Source of the DNA: Marsupella aquatica
Taxonomy: Eukaryota; Plantae; Marchantiophyta
Length of the DNA: 64,000 nucleotides
Direction: 5' to 3'
Assembly: GCA_973895155.1 (NCBI GenBank)
Contig: OZ316892.1
Span: forward strand, 11,906,238-11,970,237
The notes under the pieces are model-generated. The model did no database searches. It saw only the letters and a program-made list of their open reading frames with translations, and had not been told where the DNA came from. The translations under genes were made by a program, and so were the position numbers. The first letter of the stretch is position 1. Every line of letters begins with the position of its first letter. Positions 23,637 through 37,400 of this stretch are shown here, piece by piece.

Positions 23637-26600
23637 ATGGCGACGGTGTCCATCAGTCAAACTTCGTCGTTGAGAGCAACCAGCTGTTCAGGAGTGCAGA
23701 AGTCGCTATACGCGAAGAAGTGCAATGCATCTTGTTCTGCGGTTTCAATCGCGAGAGCGACTTCTTGCTCGTGTTGCAGGTCGGCAGCTTTGGTCAGTGG
23801 TCAGGCGGTGCCGCGGAGACAGTGCCAGCGGCGGCAGCTGAAGAAGCGAGACGCTTTGTTTCGGACTGTGGAGAGCCAGCAGCGATCATGGAGCACGGAG
23901 AGATGCACGAGTCTCCGAATTTCTCCGAGAGCAGATGTTGATGCAGTTGTCAATTTTGAGCGCCAGGATCTGAAAAGCTTGCAACATGCCTTGGAGAAAA
24001 TTGAAGTCGATTTGGTGACGGAGGCAAATTTGATAGAGAATGGATTCCGAAGCACTAGGCGGACCAAGATTTGCTGTACTATCGGTCCGGCCTGTTGCAG
24101 CTTTGAGCAGCTCGAAGCACTGGCCATAGGAGGAATGAACATTGCGCGCCTCAATATGTGTCACGGAACTAGACAGTGGCATCAGAACGTAATCCGATCG
24201 ATACGTCAATTGAATGCAGAGAAGGGATACTGTGTGGCCGTCATGGTGGACACAGAGGGGACTGAAATTCACATGGGAGACTTGGGGGGTGTCTCGTCGG
24301 TGCACGCCGAGGTACTCCTCTTTCTTTGTACAACTAGTAAGTGCCCGTAAGTAAATATATATATTGGCACTACTATACATGTTAAGTAGGCTAAGTTATC
24401 ACTACTAACCCTGTTTTAGTTAATGAATTACCCAAATTCCTCAACTTTACACATTTATCTTGATTCTTAAGGCTGAAGGAGTAACTAACCCCATCACTTT
24501 AAGATCTCCACAACGAGATGACTATTTCGTGACGTTAAGGGAGCAACCCTCCAAAGCAAGGAACTCTCCATGTGGCCCTAAAATTGAGTTTCATATTTGA
24601 GTTTGCGAATGAATGCATCCACATTGGACAGCCGGTGAAACCGACACGATTGTCCAGAACCCCATTAACATAGGCTGACTGGAAGTATTCTGCAATCCAT
24701 CTTAGTGGCTTGCAGATCCACTAAACGCTCCAGGCAGATCTATATCTAACTTTGTCCAAAGCTGTGGAATGGAAAAAGGGAGTGAAACATTGTGCTGTTG
24801 CGAGTACTGTCAGGATCTAGTTTTACCCTAGCTGCTAGGCTGCTTTGGCTTTAGGACTCGACCCTATATTGGGCCTCTACAACTGTGGGACGTTGTCTCA
24901 CGTTCTTGCGTCCTTGTTCCTTGGCATAGTTGCTAATATCAGGGGTAGCAATCAGTTCATTTCCCTGTTCTGTTCAGACCGGGCGGCAGGTCATATGGAA
25001 CCTGCCTGCCGCTCTACTCGGATGGTTTGCTCCGAATGGCAATCCTCATGCTCTCTATTTCATTTCTCGCTTGAGAGATGCTACTCTGTTTCTAGGTGCT
25101 CATGTGGGAAGAAAGAAGGCTGGTCAGCTCTGCTCCATGTTGAGCAGTAACATTGAAACAGTAAACTGGATCCATTCCCCTTTGCAGTTTCCCCGGGGGT
25201 ATTGCCCAAACTGCTTGGATTTATTCTGTGGTGGCCTGGTTAAGGTCAAGTGCCTGTGAGATACATGGAAACGGGGAAGGTTTGCACATTGTACGAATTG
25301 TGTTTTTGTTGCTTTTAATTGTATAGTCATTTGTTGGATAGGAGTTTTTGGGACTTTTCTGATTGTTTGAATTATAGTGACTCAAGATTTCTAATAATTC
25401 AAGTGCTTGACATTAGACGCCTACAGCTGATCAGCCCACATTGGCCCTTCGTTTTTCTCATACCAGCGCTGAAATGAGTCTTATCTCGAAAGAATGTCGG
25501 CTTTATTATGGAGATAAACGAATTGAATAGAGTCCCTATCGTGATGCTGCGCCTTTCTTCAAGTATGATAGTTTTGATCAGTAGTCTGATAATTGACAGT
25601 CTTCTGTTTCGATTGTCAGCACTATCTTCATATTCCCAACCTAAAGGTTTGCTCATGCTTAGTCAGCCTTCATCGTTTGGAGCCATACTTCACAGTCACA
25701 TCGTTAGCTGTCTTTTAGCCTGTGTATTAACATAAATGTACTGTTTCATGAATAGCACTAAAGGACAAATTTTATGCTGTCGGTAGTCCTCCTATGCTTC
25801 CCTTAGTTGCTTTTCCTCTGTTGCCAGATCGCCTTGCTAGTAAGTTATTAAGGTTTTTGGTGTTTTTCCCCAAATCCTTCACGATATTCCCGTGTCAATC
25901 TTTTATGGTTCTCGCTTTCGTTCATTGTCCTGTTTTACCAGATTTTCTTTGGTACGTTTGTACTTTTCGGTTTCTTTTATATTCCCTTAGGAGCCTCGCA
26001 AGTCAATCGTTTTCGTGTTCGTTTTGCTAAGGACAGAATTGCGGAAAAATCCCGTCTCAGGATCCTTCAGAAATTTCAAACAACCGAACAACAGAAGTAC
26101 ACTGTGAGCTCGTTTTGTGAATCTCTCTCTATACAAACAAACTAACTGAAGTGTTCTTGACATTTTGTTCGACACTTATGATATTGTTCAAAGCTTGCAG
26201 TCAACATTGTATCTAGTAGATTTCTTCACAATCGATGTGATGCTATCTAAGAACTTTCGCTGGAGTGGAATCGAAGCACAGCAACAGGGATCTCATATTA
26301 GCTCTAATGCTTAACTTTGCAATCTCTGGATGCCGCTCGGTACGAAGATTTGCATCAGAAGTCTCACTTTTTTTTCATGTTCACATTTCAGGATGGAGAG
26401 GAATGGTGCTTCACTGTCCGTCAATTTGATGGGCCGGTTCCAGGCAACACAATTCAGGTCAAATACGAGGGATTTGCTGAGAGTAAGATTTCCAATCTTC
26501 GTAGCCGTAATCTCTCAGTTTGGACTGTACTGCAGCTCCTATTATCCGGAACCCAGTCAACTGAGTCTCTCAGCAATCATTGCCAGGTTACACAGTCCCC

Positions 26601-29173
26601 TCGGTTATATCTTTTCCTTATGAGCTTCTCATAACGAACTTCTGCCGGCCATTCGTTGTACTTCCAGTTGCTAGGCTGACGGTCACTAAATTGACAAAAT
26701 ATATATTTTTTGACCTCCGCTGGGTAGGGCACGGAGGGACTAGTTTGTCACAGAGCCAGTTTTTAGCTTCATTCTCAAATGGTTCATAGCCGGATGATAA
26801 AGTTTAATGAATAGAGTGGTATATTGTTGGAGATGCTAAATGTTATCAGGTGAACGTGGCAATTCAGTGGATAGTTCGGTTGTCTCCAGTCCATGGGGGA
26901 CCTCCTAACTCTGCTGTGTCTCAACTCCTGCAGTCCTTTGGGTCGCACTTCTGATGCCATTAATATGTGACAGATGTGAAGACAGGCGATGAGCTGGTTG
27001 TGGATGGAGGATTGGTACGATTTAATGTTATCGAAAAGTTTGGGCCGGACGTTAAGTGTATATGCACCGACCCCGGTCTGCTGCTTCCTCGTGCGAGTCT
27101 CACCTTCTGGAGGGACAATAATCTCGTCCGAGAGCGCTCTGCGATGCTGCCTACCCTCTCGTCCAAGGTGCCCAATCCCTTCTTTACTCTTTCATGCTAC
27201 TGTAGGTCGCATCGTTCGTTGGGGAAGAGTCCTTATGAATCAGATTTGTTGGGTCGAGCAGAGCATGTTTAAGAACGAAAACCGTCAGATTGTTACAATG
27301 AAATTAGATAGAATGTATCATTCTGGCAGGAAAATTGATTGACTTCATAATCTGGTTCGTCGTAATGGAGAGCAGGATTGGCTAGACGTTGACTTCGCAA
27401 TCCAAGAGCGCGTTGACTTCATCGCTGTTTCTTACGTGAGGTCTCCCGAAGTAATCAAGCATCTGAAGAGCTATGTCACGTCCCGCTTGCCCGAAGGGTA
27501 TTTTCTAAACCTATCAAACAACCGCACGTTATATATTCCTTCCCTGTTGAAGGGATTTGGAACCTCAGATCGTTTTGGTACCAGACAATTGCACATAAAG
27601 GGAAAACTCCTTAATTCGTTTGAAGGTGCCCTGGAGCTCGCTGTTATCCACATTTTCTGAATGTCTCACGAGAAAGTGAATTGTCTTCTCAGAGGAATCG
27701 GTGTTTTTGCCAAGATCGAAGCCATTGACTCTCTCAGCTGCTTGGAGGACATCATTCGAGTTTCAGACGGAGCTATGGTTGCTCGAGGAGATCTGGGTGC
27801 GCAGATCCCTCTGGAGCAGGTGCCAGCAGTGCAGAAGAGTGTAATTGACCTCTGCCGTGAGCTGAACAAGCCTGTCATGGTTGCTTCTCAATTTCTGGAG
27901 TCTATGATCGAATACCCCATCCCAACTCGTGCTGAGGTTTGGAGAAGTCAACCCTTATGCTCCTTATACAGATTGCTCATTATTGCAATCACTGATCAGC
28001 TCGTTTGCTAGCAATTATGAAATTCGATAGCAGAAATCCAATAACCGTCAATATTATTGACATATCATGCCAACATGCTGCTATCCGAACTTGGTTTATC
28101 AAGTGTTTGTGTACGAGTCGACCTGGTTCAGACTACAGTATGAATTTGTGAGAATTGACGTTCCATCCAGACATTAGACAGTGAATAACATGTGTGAACA
28201 TTAATCAGGTTGCGGATGTGGCTGAGGCGGTTCGACAGCGGGCAGATGCATTGATGTTATCAGGGGAGTCTGCTATGGGTTTGTTCCCAGACAAGTGCAT
28301 GGATGTGTTACGAAGCGTTAGTTTGCGCATCGAGCACAACGACAGAGAAGAGCAGCCACAACCTTACAATCCTCCACCGCAGCTGTCGGTGGCACTCTCA
28401 GACCGCATCTCAGAGCAAATTTGCAACTCCGCGGCAGAAATGGGTAAGTGACTTTGGCGTATCTTGTAGGGCGTCAGCCTGTTAGAGTATATTTTCAGTC
28501 ATTTTGAGCGGTTTGGGTTATTGTTCTCTTCTAGGATACCGACCAGACATTCCCAGCTGTGATCTCGGATCGGATCTGAGAAGGCTTTACCCAGAAGAGC
28601 GTCCGGTGTGCTGACGAATTGGGATGACAGATAACCATACCCCGTGCTTGACCAGTTTTAAGGAAATATTCCCATCTCCTACCGTAGTTGCAGCAAGCAC
28701 AAAAGAAAACACAGATTCAATTTTGTGCTCGACTTTACCTGGACTTTTTCAACCTGTTCCTGAACTGTGTCAACTCAACAAGATTTTTTCCAGACAACCG
28801 AAGCGTTTAAGTGACCCACGCTGACATGGTCCTGATCGATGGATGCGCAGCCAACAAACTAGGAGTTGATGCTATTTTCGTGTACACAAGGAGGGGATTC
28901 ATGGCATCCCTATTGTCACGGAACCGCCCGGATTGCCCCATCTTCGCTTTCACGGAGTCCAAGTCCGTGCGGCAACGCCTCAACATGCAGTGGGGCCTCA
29001 TTCCATTCCGGTTGGACTTCTCCAACGACATGGAAACTGACCTCAAGAGAACCTTTGTGTTGCTGAAAGCTCGAGGGATGATGAAGGCCGGAGACCTTGT
29101 TGTTGCCGTCTCGGACATCGCTCCTCCCGAGGCCGACTTGCTCCAGTCAATTCAAATTCGTAAGATTCCCTAA
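23637..29173 (+). CDS. PKP-ALPHA: Plastid pyruvate kinase, alpha (isozyme A) subunit; 7 exons: 23637-24311, 26392-26482, 26974-27167, 27376-27497, 27693-27936, 28209-28443, 28851-29173
   Basis: Ser/Cys-rich transit peptide, [43 protein letters not shown]|VADV, MLSGESA; GT-AG junctions keep the frame. Confidence 0.95.
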
Positions 29174-30200
29174 ATTACACCGATGTCTCAGCATATAGTG
29201 GGCCCGTTTGTTCGATGTCCGTCAGCCAAGAGTTCAAGATACAGGATTACAGGACAAGGTTCCTCAACTTTTCGTTGACAAACTCAGGAAGAAGACAGGA
29301 TAGGACGGTCCCTCACCTTTTGTTGAGAACCTGAAGAAGAGAGAACGTCCACTCATTCATTCTGACGTGAGGAACGATCACATCAGATTGCCGGTGGTCA
29401 CGGCCATTATTTCCGTACTGGTCGAGGATCATTGTCGAATGGATCCAGGAGTTTCATTGTATCCAAACTCTTCCACATTTCAATTCCTTGCTGCCTTCTG
29501 AAGGTCGAGCCGAGCCAGGCTACAGTAGATGGCAACGGCACATGCTCATCATCTCCCACGTCAAGCTGGAGGATCAAAGTTTCCAAAAGAGGCTTTTGAG
29601 GTTACAAGACAAACTTTCACAGAGCTTGCGCTTGCAACCGACTTTGATATAATTATGAGAGGATGATGCCCGTGTTGCAATAATTGTAACTCGAGAAATA
29701 TAAATGGAAGAAATTGTAAGCATGATATCTCGGCCTTTATGAGTTCGATGTCTTCCACACTTTTCCAGTCTTTACTCATTAGCAGCCGTTGCCTGGATCA
29801 CACGAGGAGCAAGTTCTGTGATCTGATTGATGCGCACGAGCTGCATCACGTGTCTTCTGTATGAAATATCAGAGAACCAGCATTTTTTTTGGTGGCGAGA
29901 ACTCGCCAAATGCCATGTCACTGAAAAGTTTTGGCGAAAATTCGTCAGGCTTTCTGCCTTGACTAGCCACCTAGCCACAGGTCCAATAGCCAGAATCGGA
30001 CAGTTATTAAATGTAAGGAGACACAACATTCAGAGATTAATATAGCAAATGTGGATAAAGTGATATTTCTAGCATGTTCTCCTTCACCCAATATAACAGG
30101 AACCACCTTTACCCCCCCAAAAAACAAAACCTTAAATTACCCTGCAGGGCCATAAACTGGGCTTTCTCATTTGAGCCAAGATTTTTGGCTGGGTGGCTAA

Positions 30201-30706
30201 GAGCATCTCCAACCCAACTGGGTGTTTACCAAACCTGGCTAAGAGCATCTCCAACCCAATTGGGTGTTTACCAAACCCAGTAAAGAAAATCTAAAAAGTC
30301 AGTTCCAATCCACTCACTCTAAGACTACCTGGATTTTAAGAACTAAGTTTTCTGGTTACTGGATTTGAATATGGGAGAGATTATAAAGAAGTTGATTCCT
30401 TACTGGGCTTGTTGTTGGGTTTTCGAGATCTCAATATATGGGTGTCAGGTGTTAATACCTGCTATTTAGGGAAGATTACCCAGTTAGGATTGGGGCTGCT
30501 TTTCAGTTGGCCTCTAAAGATATGTAGTTGATTCCTTACTGGTTCTTGTTGTTAGGTTTTCAAGATCTCAATATAGGTTGTCAGATGTTAATACCTGCTA
30601 TTTAGGGAAGATTACCTAAAATTTTCAGTTGGCCTCTAAAGATATGTACAGTGAACTAATATAGGATGCTGTTAGTCTGGGTAACCCAGTTGGATTGGAG
30701 ATGCTC
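30201..30706. mobile_element. Tourist-like (PIF/Harbinger) MITE
   Basis: TIR GAGCATCTCCAA.CCAACTGGG / CCCAGTTGGATTGGAGATGCTC, TAA on both flanks. The left end is duplicated (42-bp shift, second copy at 30243), with a ~90-bp internal direct repeat. Confidence 0.88.
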
Positions 30707-33700
30707 TAAGGCTGGCTATGCAAGAATGACCCCACAAGACATGAAGGCAATTTCCAAGAGTTTGCTCTTAGATTTCATCACGATTGTTTATTTCAAGTGA
30801 TATGTCCATTTGAATTAGGTTTACATGATATAAAGAGGTTATTTGTACCAAGAAATCTCTCAATCTTACATAGACTAGAGTGCGTCCCTCAAATGTTTAT
30901 ATGAACAGTGTATTTATTGCCAAAGTTTAGATCACCTCTTGACATGGTATTTGAAAGGGCCATTCTGCCTCTTCTCACTTTGACAGTGCACATGTACTTG
31001 ACCACCATTTTTTTTGGTCAGAAGGCAATTTAAATGGAATGCTAAAATACAGGTTCACACCTTTCAAAGTTGAAGGCCCAACTAGGGGTGTTGAAACCTG
31101 CCCTTGAAGGGATATTTGCTGAGATTCTAGTAGGAGTTTCAAAGCCTTCCACTTTCAGTCCATTGTTCTTGGCCATAATGTTTGGCTATAACATTTTTCA
31201 TGATCTTAAATTGGACAGCCTGTGCTGATGACGATAGCTTATGGTCACTGTTTACAAGCTCCAAGTTAATAATCTGTAATTTGGGATTCCACAAGTCCTT
31301 GTGGCCACAATTGTGATTAACCTGTGAATTAAGTACTAGGAATCTGGAGGTTTGAGACAACTGAATGTGATCATTGAAGGCATCAATTAAATCCACTCAA
31401 AGAGCAACCCCAGGTCAGAATAGAGAAAGACTTCGACCGTGGGCCTAGTCTGCATAGTCTTGACTTAAAGAGTAGGTTGTACTACTATAGTCCTCCCCTC
31501 TCCCATGTGTTTTGTGCGTTACTTGTCTGGGTAATCAAATGTCCAAAATGCCGTTGGAAAAAGTGCGATCTTAAGATTAACATGTCAGTCGAAACGAGTG
31601 TTGACTTTCTGTCCTTTCCTTCCAAGGGATGGTTCTCCAGCTCCTACAGTAGTTCTCAGCCATGGCTGGATAATTATAGCCTTTAGATGCAATGCAGTTG
31701 GGATAGCCTTTAAATGCAATGCAGTTGGGGATAGGCTTTCTGAGGCACTTTGACCCATAGTCTCCAAGCCTTACCCAAAGGCCACTTTGGGTACCAAAAC
31801 TTCAACTATACCAGAACCAGTCTGAGGTTTTATGGGACCCATTTGACTAGGGCATCTTTATATGGCTAACTGTACAGACCTTTGGACCTCTTCTAGAGAT
31901 GGTCTGATATTTCGGCACACAGATCTCACCTGATCTTTTGGCACACCGATCTCACGTTGTAAGCTTTAAACAGTCATTGCCCATATTAAAGCCAGACACG
32001 CCAAATCCTCTGCACATCATTCAATTTACTCTGAGCCCACGCCCCTCATTCAATCCACTCTGCCCTCTGTAGCCCCGTAACTGGTGGATCCAGGTTTCAG
32101 AGATAGAAAGTGGCAGTTTGGTGCAACCTAATTCCAAGTAGGATTGGGATCCCCAAGCCCTAAAGTGTCTGCCTGCAGTTAGGTACAAAAGAGAGATATG
32201 TTGCATGTTTAAAATCAACCCAATTTTCAAGCCTTTATTTTCCTTTTGCCAGTGGCATAACGAATGTCACCTTTGTGTGAAGGACCACATGCAAGGAAGA
32301 TTCCCAACAGAAATTTCACATTTCACATTTCTGATAGTCAGATGTCAATTAATTGAAGGATGATTGTTAGATTCTAGCTAAATTGGATTTGATGTCAGGT
32401 GGGAAACTACAGTAGCTAATGAAATCATAAACTTAGCAAATTTAAGGGAAAAGTCACTTTCTCACCACCAAAAAAATGGTAGTGGAGGGGAAAGAACTCA
32501 TTGATCAATAAATTACTGCAAACTGCTGCCTATTTCTTCTAATGACAAAAATCTAAATATAGGGTAATTGCTGATCCATGATTATAAACAATCATGCTAA
32601 CCCTTTGATTTGATTCTTAAGTGACATGGCCAATTCCTCACCCTTTTTCCCTCCCCCTAGAGGGGCCTAGACAGTACTAGAGACGCAGCTCTTGTCATGT
32701 TGTCATTGATTTCTGGAAACATTTTCTCTACGTTCACAAAACGAGACTTGAGTGCTTCTGTCTTTATTGATAACAGAAATAGAGTCCTCCATTATGGACC
32801 CTGACTGCGGGGTTCTGCCGTGTCAGCGCCTAGCGTGTCCATTTAATGCATCGGTGGCGGCATTTAATCCAACAGACGATATAGCGCCCCGATTCGGAGG
32901 GAGAGATCTCGACCTCAGAAACACGGAAACTTTTGCTCACGTCCGTGAGATTTTCATTCTCCAGGCTTTCTACATTAGTCGGGCGATCGATGATTCATCG
33001 ATCACAAACGACTCATCAGCGAGAGAAAATACGCAAGAATCATATGATATGATGTCGAGATGAATTCAGATTCACCACCGCTTCTCGAAAGTGAGCCATG
33101 AGCCGAGCCAGAGACACCAATGCACCCACAGGCGCATAATCACTTTGATTGATCGCCAATCCAGAGTCTGCACTTGCAAGTGAGTAGACGGCGATGCACT
33201 GTTTGTATATCAATTAGTCTTGTGAGCATAATTGATGTCTCTGCGCCCTGCTGCATGCGATCTGGATGTATCGTCGTGGCGTTGACAAGTTTTGCACTGC
33301 TGCTGCTGCTCTCTCGTTACGTCGTTATCCTGAGTGATAAATAATGCAGAGCTCATTGTGTGGGCAGCATTCACCAGCTGCGGTTGCTGCTACTCAATGT
33401 CAAGCCTCGATTGAACTTATGACTGTGAGCTCTGCAGTAGGTAGATGGTACGGGTGATCGAATAGGCATTTTTTGAAGTCTGTTGATCTGATGCGTTCCT
33501 CAGGAGTTGGGCTTGGTCTGTGGCCAACTATGGGCTGTTGACGAGATGAGGCGTGCATCTTTTTTACTTTGGAGATCGAAGTATACATGCATATTGAGTT
33601 GATCTCTGCTGTTGGGTGGATCTTTTTACGTTTCAAGGAAAAAGATAATATCGAGACGATGGCCCAATTGTGCCTCAGTGTTGGTCCGAATCCCGGTCTG

Positions 33701-34484
33701 AATTGGGGCAGCTGATGACAGTAGATAGTGGCATGGGCGCGTGTATATGAGTGGTGAGGTCCTGCTTCTTCTTTGACCACATTGGTCATTCACTTTGTTG
33801 CCCGATTTTGGTCGAGGCGGAAGAGCTAAACGGAGGGGGGAGCGTAAACGTGGCGCTCATTATTGTGCTGTAAGTGTTCTGGGATTATGAGGATTAGATT
33901 CCGTGTTGTTGTTGAGAAGTAGAGAGAAAGTGGTGACCAACGTTACGCAATTCTGTCACAGGATCTCCTGAGTGACTCTGATCTGCCGTACGGTGGAGAC
34001 ACTCATGGTTTGTCTGTTTTCCGCAGGGAAGAAAAAGGTACCCAATAATTGTTTGCGGCGCGTTTTGAGTTCATCTGAGGCAACGAGCAAGGTGGATCGA
34101 CCTCTAGGGTGCATTATTACCTGCCTGGACACGAGGGGTGCAGCCTGACCATATTTGTGTTTCCAACGGCCAGCATCAGGAGGAGAGGTTGAGCAGCATC
34201 GACCTCGAGTGTTCCAAATTCCTTTCGAAGTTATTGCCATTCCAATCAATTCACAGCTTCAATCCCAATACTTGGCAAGCTGTTCGGCCCCGGTCAGCGG
34301 GGCAAACCATGGAGCTGGTACGGTGCACGGTCGATCATTTCTGTTGACGGTCAGATAGACTCACACCACTCTGATCCTGGCCGGGATAGCTTCTGGAGCT
34401 TCTGGAGAGCACCTAGCTCTAGTCTGTGACGCTAGTCAAGCACTACATTTGGGCAATCTGATCTAGGGCTGAATTCGGATCTGG

Positions 34485-37400
34485 ATGTGGAGAAGCAGTA
34501 TGTTTCATTTACAGAAGGCGATGGATTCGGTCCTGGCCGTGGCAGTCCAGCAGCCGCAGCAGGTGGCTTTGTGGATGGATAGGAGTTGTCCAGTCGATAT
34601 GGCTGAATCGAATGGCTTTAGAAGCACTGTGATGGGGTGTTACACGTGCTATTTTCCCATCCTCGTCATTGCTGTACACGCCATCTTCTTCATGCTCATT
34701 ATCGCTGAGCATGTGCGATCTCAGATTAGGTCAGGGAAGGAGTCCGAGCAGAAAAGATTGTCAAAATTGCATAAGGTAGCGAAATTGGTGTGCGTCGTGC
34801 TTCTGATGCTGGACATAGTCCATTTGTGGCTGTCACCGGGAGAATCGCCATCGACAATCGCGCTTGTACTTTACAGCAGCGAGGCAGTGGCGTGGCTCAC
34901 GATCTTATGTGCTCTTCAACGAGAAGAAGCCAAGGGACGAGCTATTTACCGCAAAATTTTGAAGGCCTGGTGGGTAGCTTTCGTGGTCTTGACCACCATA
35001 GCTTTTAGCGCAGCAGTTTTGAGTGGTCAAATTGTAAACGCAGTGCTTGACTTCGCGTCCCTCATCTCCTCGTTGTTTATGGCTCTGAGCAGCTTTAGCG
35101 GACGTGTGTATAGTGATCATCGACTAGAGAAGATTAATGGGGTTGACAATGTTAAAGAACCCTTTCTGAGTGAATCTGTTCCCGAGGAAGCAGCCAGCGA
35201 GACGACTTCAGTTAGCAGTGGATTTAGCCGCGCAGGCTTTCTGAGTGTGCTCACTTTCTCGTGGCTTAATCCTCTGCTAAATGTTGGCATAGAGAGGCCT
35301 TTGAGGACTACAGATGTCCCGTTACTCGACCCCAGTGATGCTCCGAAGACGAACCATGAAGCTTTCCAGGAAGAGTGGAATCGGGAGAGATTGTCAACGC
35401 CGCCGGGGAAGGTTCCGTCCTTGCGGTGGACACTCGTCAAGACCTTTTGGCGACCCTTCGTTCTTTCGCTTATCTTGATTGTGCTGCTGGTAATCGCACA
35501 ATTCGTTGCGCCTCTCGTTCAGTATCAATTGATAAAATTGATGGAGGCCGAGCAACGCAAGCTCTCAGCGGGATTCACCTTGGTGTTGGCTTTGCTTACA
35601 GGAAAAATGGCGGAATCAATTCTTGGGCATCAGCTGATATTTCGGTCGCGGAAACTGGGGCTCCGTATGTGGGCCGGGGTTGGATGTGCAGTTTACGGCA
35701 AGGCCCTCCGTCTGTCGATGAAGGCCCGACAGGTCCGGAGTGTGGGAGAAATCACCAACATCTTGTCTTCTGATCTGCAGCGACTGCCGGAGCTGTGTTA
35801 CTACATTCAACAGGGCTTGATTGTTCCATTGGAAGTCATTGTCGCTGTTGTAATTTTGTTCAAGGTAGTGGGAGTGGCCATGCTGGCAGGGCTGGCATCC
35901 CTCTTGCTAATTCTCTTTGCAAACTCTCTCATAACCCGTAGAATGCGAGAGTTCAGGGGTAAATTGCTTGTAGCAAAAGACAGGCGTATGCGAGCTACGA
36001 CCGAGTGTCTCAGCAACCTGAAGGTGATCAAGCTACAAGCGTGGGATGAGATGTTTAAGGAGAGGATTGAGGGAATTCGAGAGGAGGAACGGGGCTGGGT
36101 TCTGAAGTTCTTGGTGAGCTGGGGCAATGCCATCTACACGGTTTGGAATGGTCCTTTGGTGCTCTCGGGGGTGACATTTTTCACAATGGTTCTCCTCGGT
36201 CAACCATTGACGGCAGACCGCGTGTACACAGCTCTGACCACATTCAAGTTGATCCAGGAACCCATTCGATTCGTTCCGGAAATTATTGCCAATCTTGTTC
36301 AAGCGAGTGTCTCAATCAAACGTATTTGTGCGTTTCTAATGGAAGATGAGGTGGATGAAGGATCAGTTGAACGAACATCAGAGTCCGAGTTTGATTATGC
36401 TGTGGAGATCGAACGTGCAGGATTCACATGGGACAAGACGGCAGCTGAAACAGCGCTCAAATCTGACCTCGACTTAAAAATAAAGAAGGGCTCTTGTATA
36501 GCGATCTGTGGTGCAGTAGGATCAGGAAAGTCGAGCTTGCTGTTTTGCATTATGGGGGAGCTTCCCAGGCTCGCTGGCACGGTGTGTTCCTTGAAATTCC
36601 TGGACGAGGTTACAAGACGATTATTTAGCTCACTCAAAGCATGCTGTTGGCCGTAGAGACCAACGCTTACAGAGCTTGTTTCGGCGTTGGGGCCAATAGA
36701 AAATTGCGGTAGATGTAAACGTTAATTCAGCATGCAACCACCGGACTGATTATTCTCAATTGTTGGAACCTAAAATTGAGAATGGCAGAATATTTTCCGA
36801 ATGCAATCACTTGTATTACACATTGAGATTTGGTTGACAGAAATCGTTTGTATTGACAGAATCGTGTATTTATTTATTTTAGATAGTGTCCAAGAGTCGC
36901 TTCGTACTGTTTACCTCAACCTCCTAATCGCTTTATTTACTCGTGGGCATGGATATACCACAGGCTAAATTGTGTGGACGAGTCGCGTACGTGGCTCAGT
37001 CAGCCTGGATTCAGAACAACACCATTCGAGAGAACATTCTATTTGGGCGTGCCATGGACCCAGACCGCTACAACGAAGCTGTGCGGGTCTCCGGTCTTGT
37101 TTCTGACCTTGCTCAATTTCCAGACGGCGATGAAACAGAAATAGGGGAGCGTGGAACAACATTGAGTGGGGGGCAGAAGCAAAGAGTTCAACTGGCGCGA
37201 GCTGTGTATCAAGATGCTGACGTTTATTTGCTCGATGATCCATTCAGTGCTGTGGATGCCCACACCGGCACTTTCCTGTTTGAGGTGCCCATTCTCAATC
37301 CCCGCCATCAAATTTCGTAGAGCTGGCCGTCTTGACTTCGTGTTCTATGAATGACGAGAACGGGAGCACCGGTGACTTTTCTTTCCGAATGGTTTGATAT

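Noticed and set aside
31676-31735. 27-bp tandem duplication
   Set aside because: Ordinary slippage duplication in intergenic DNA.
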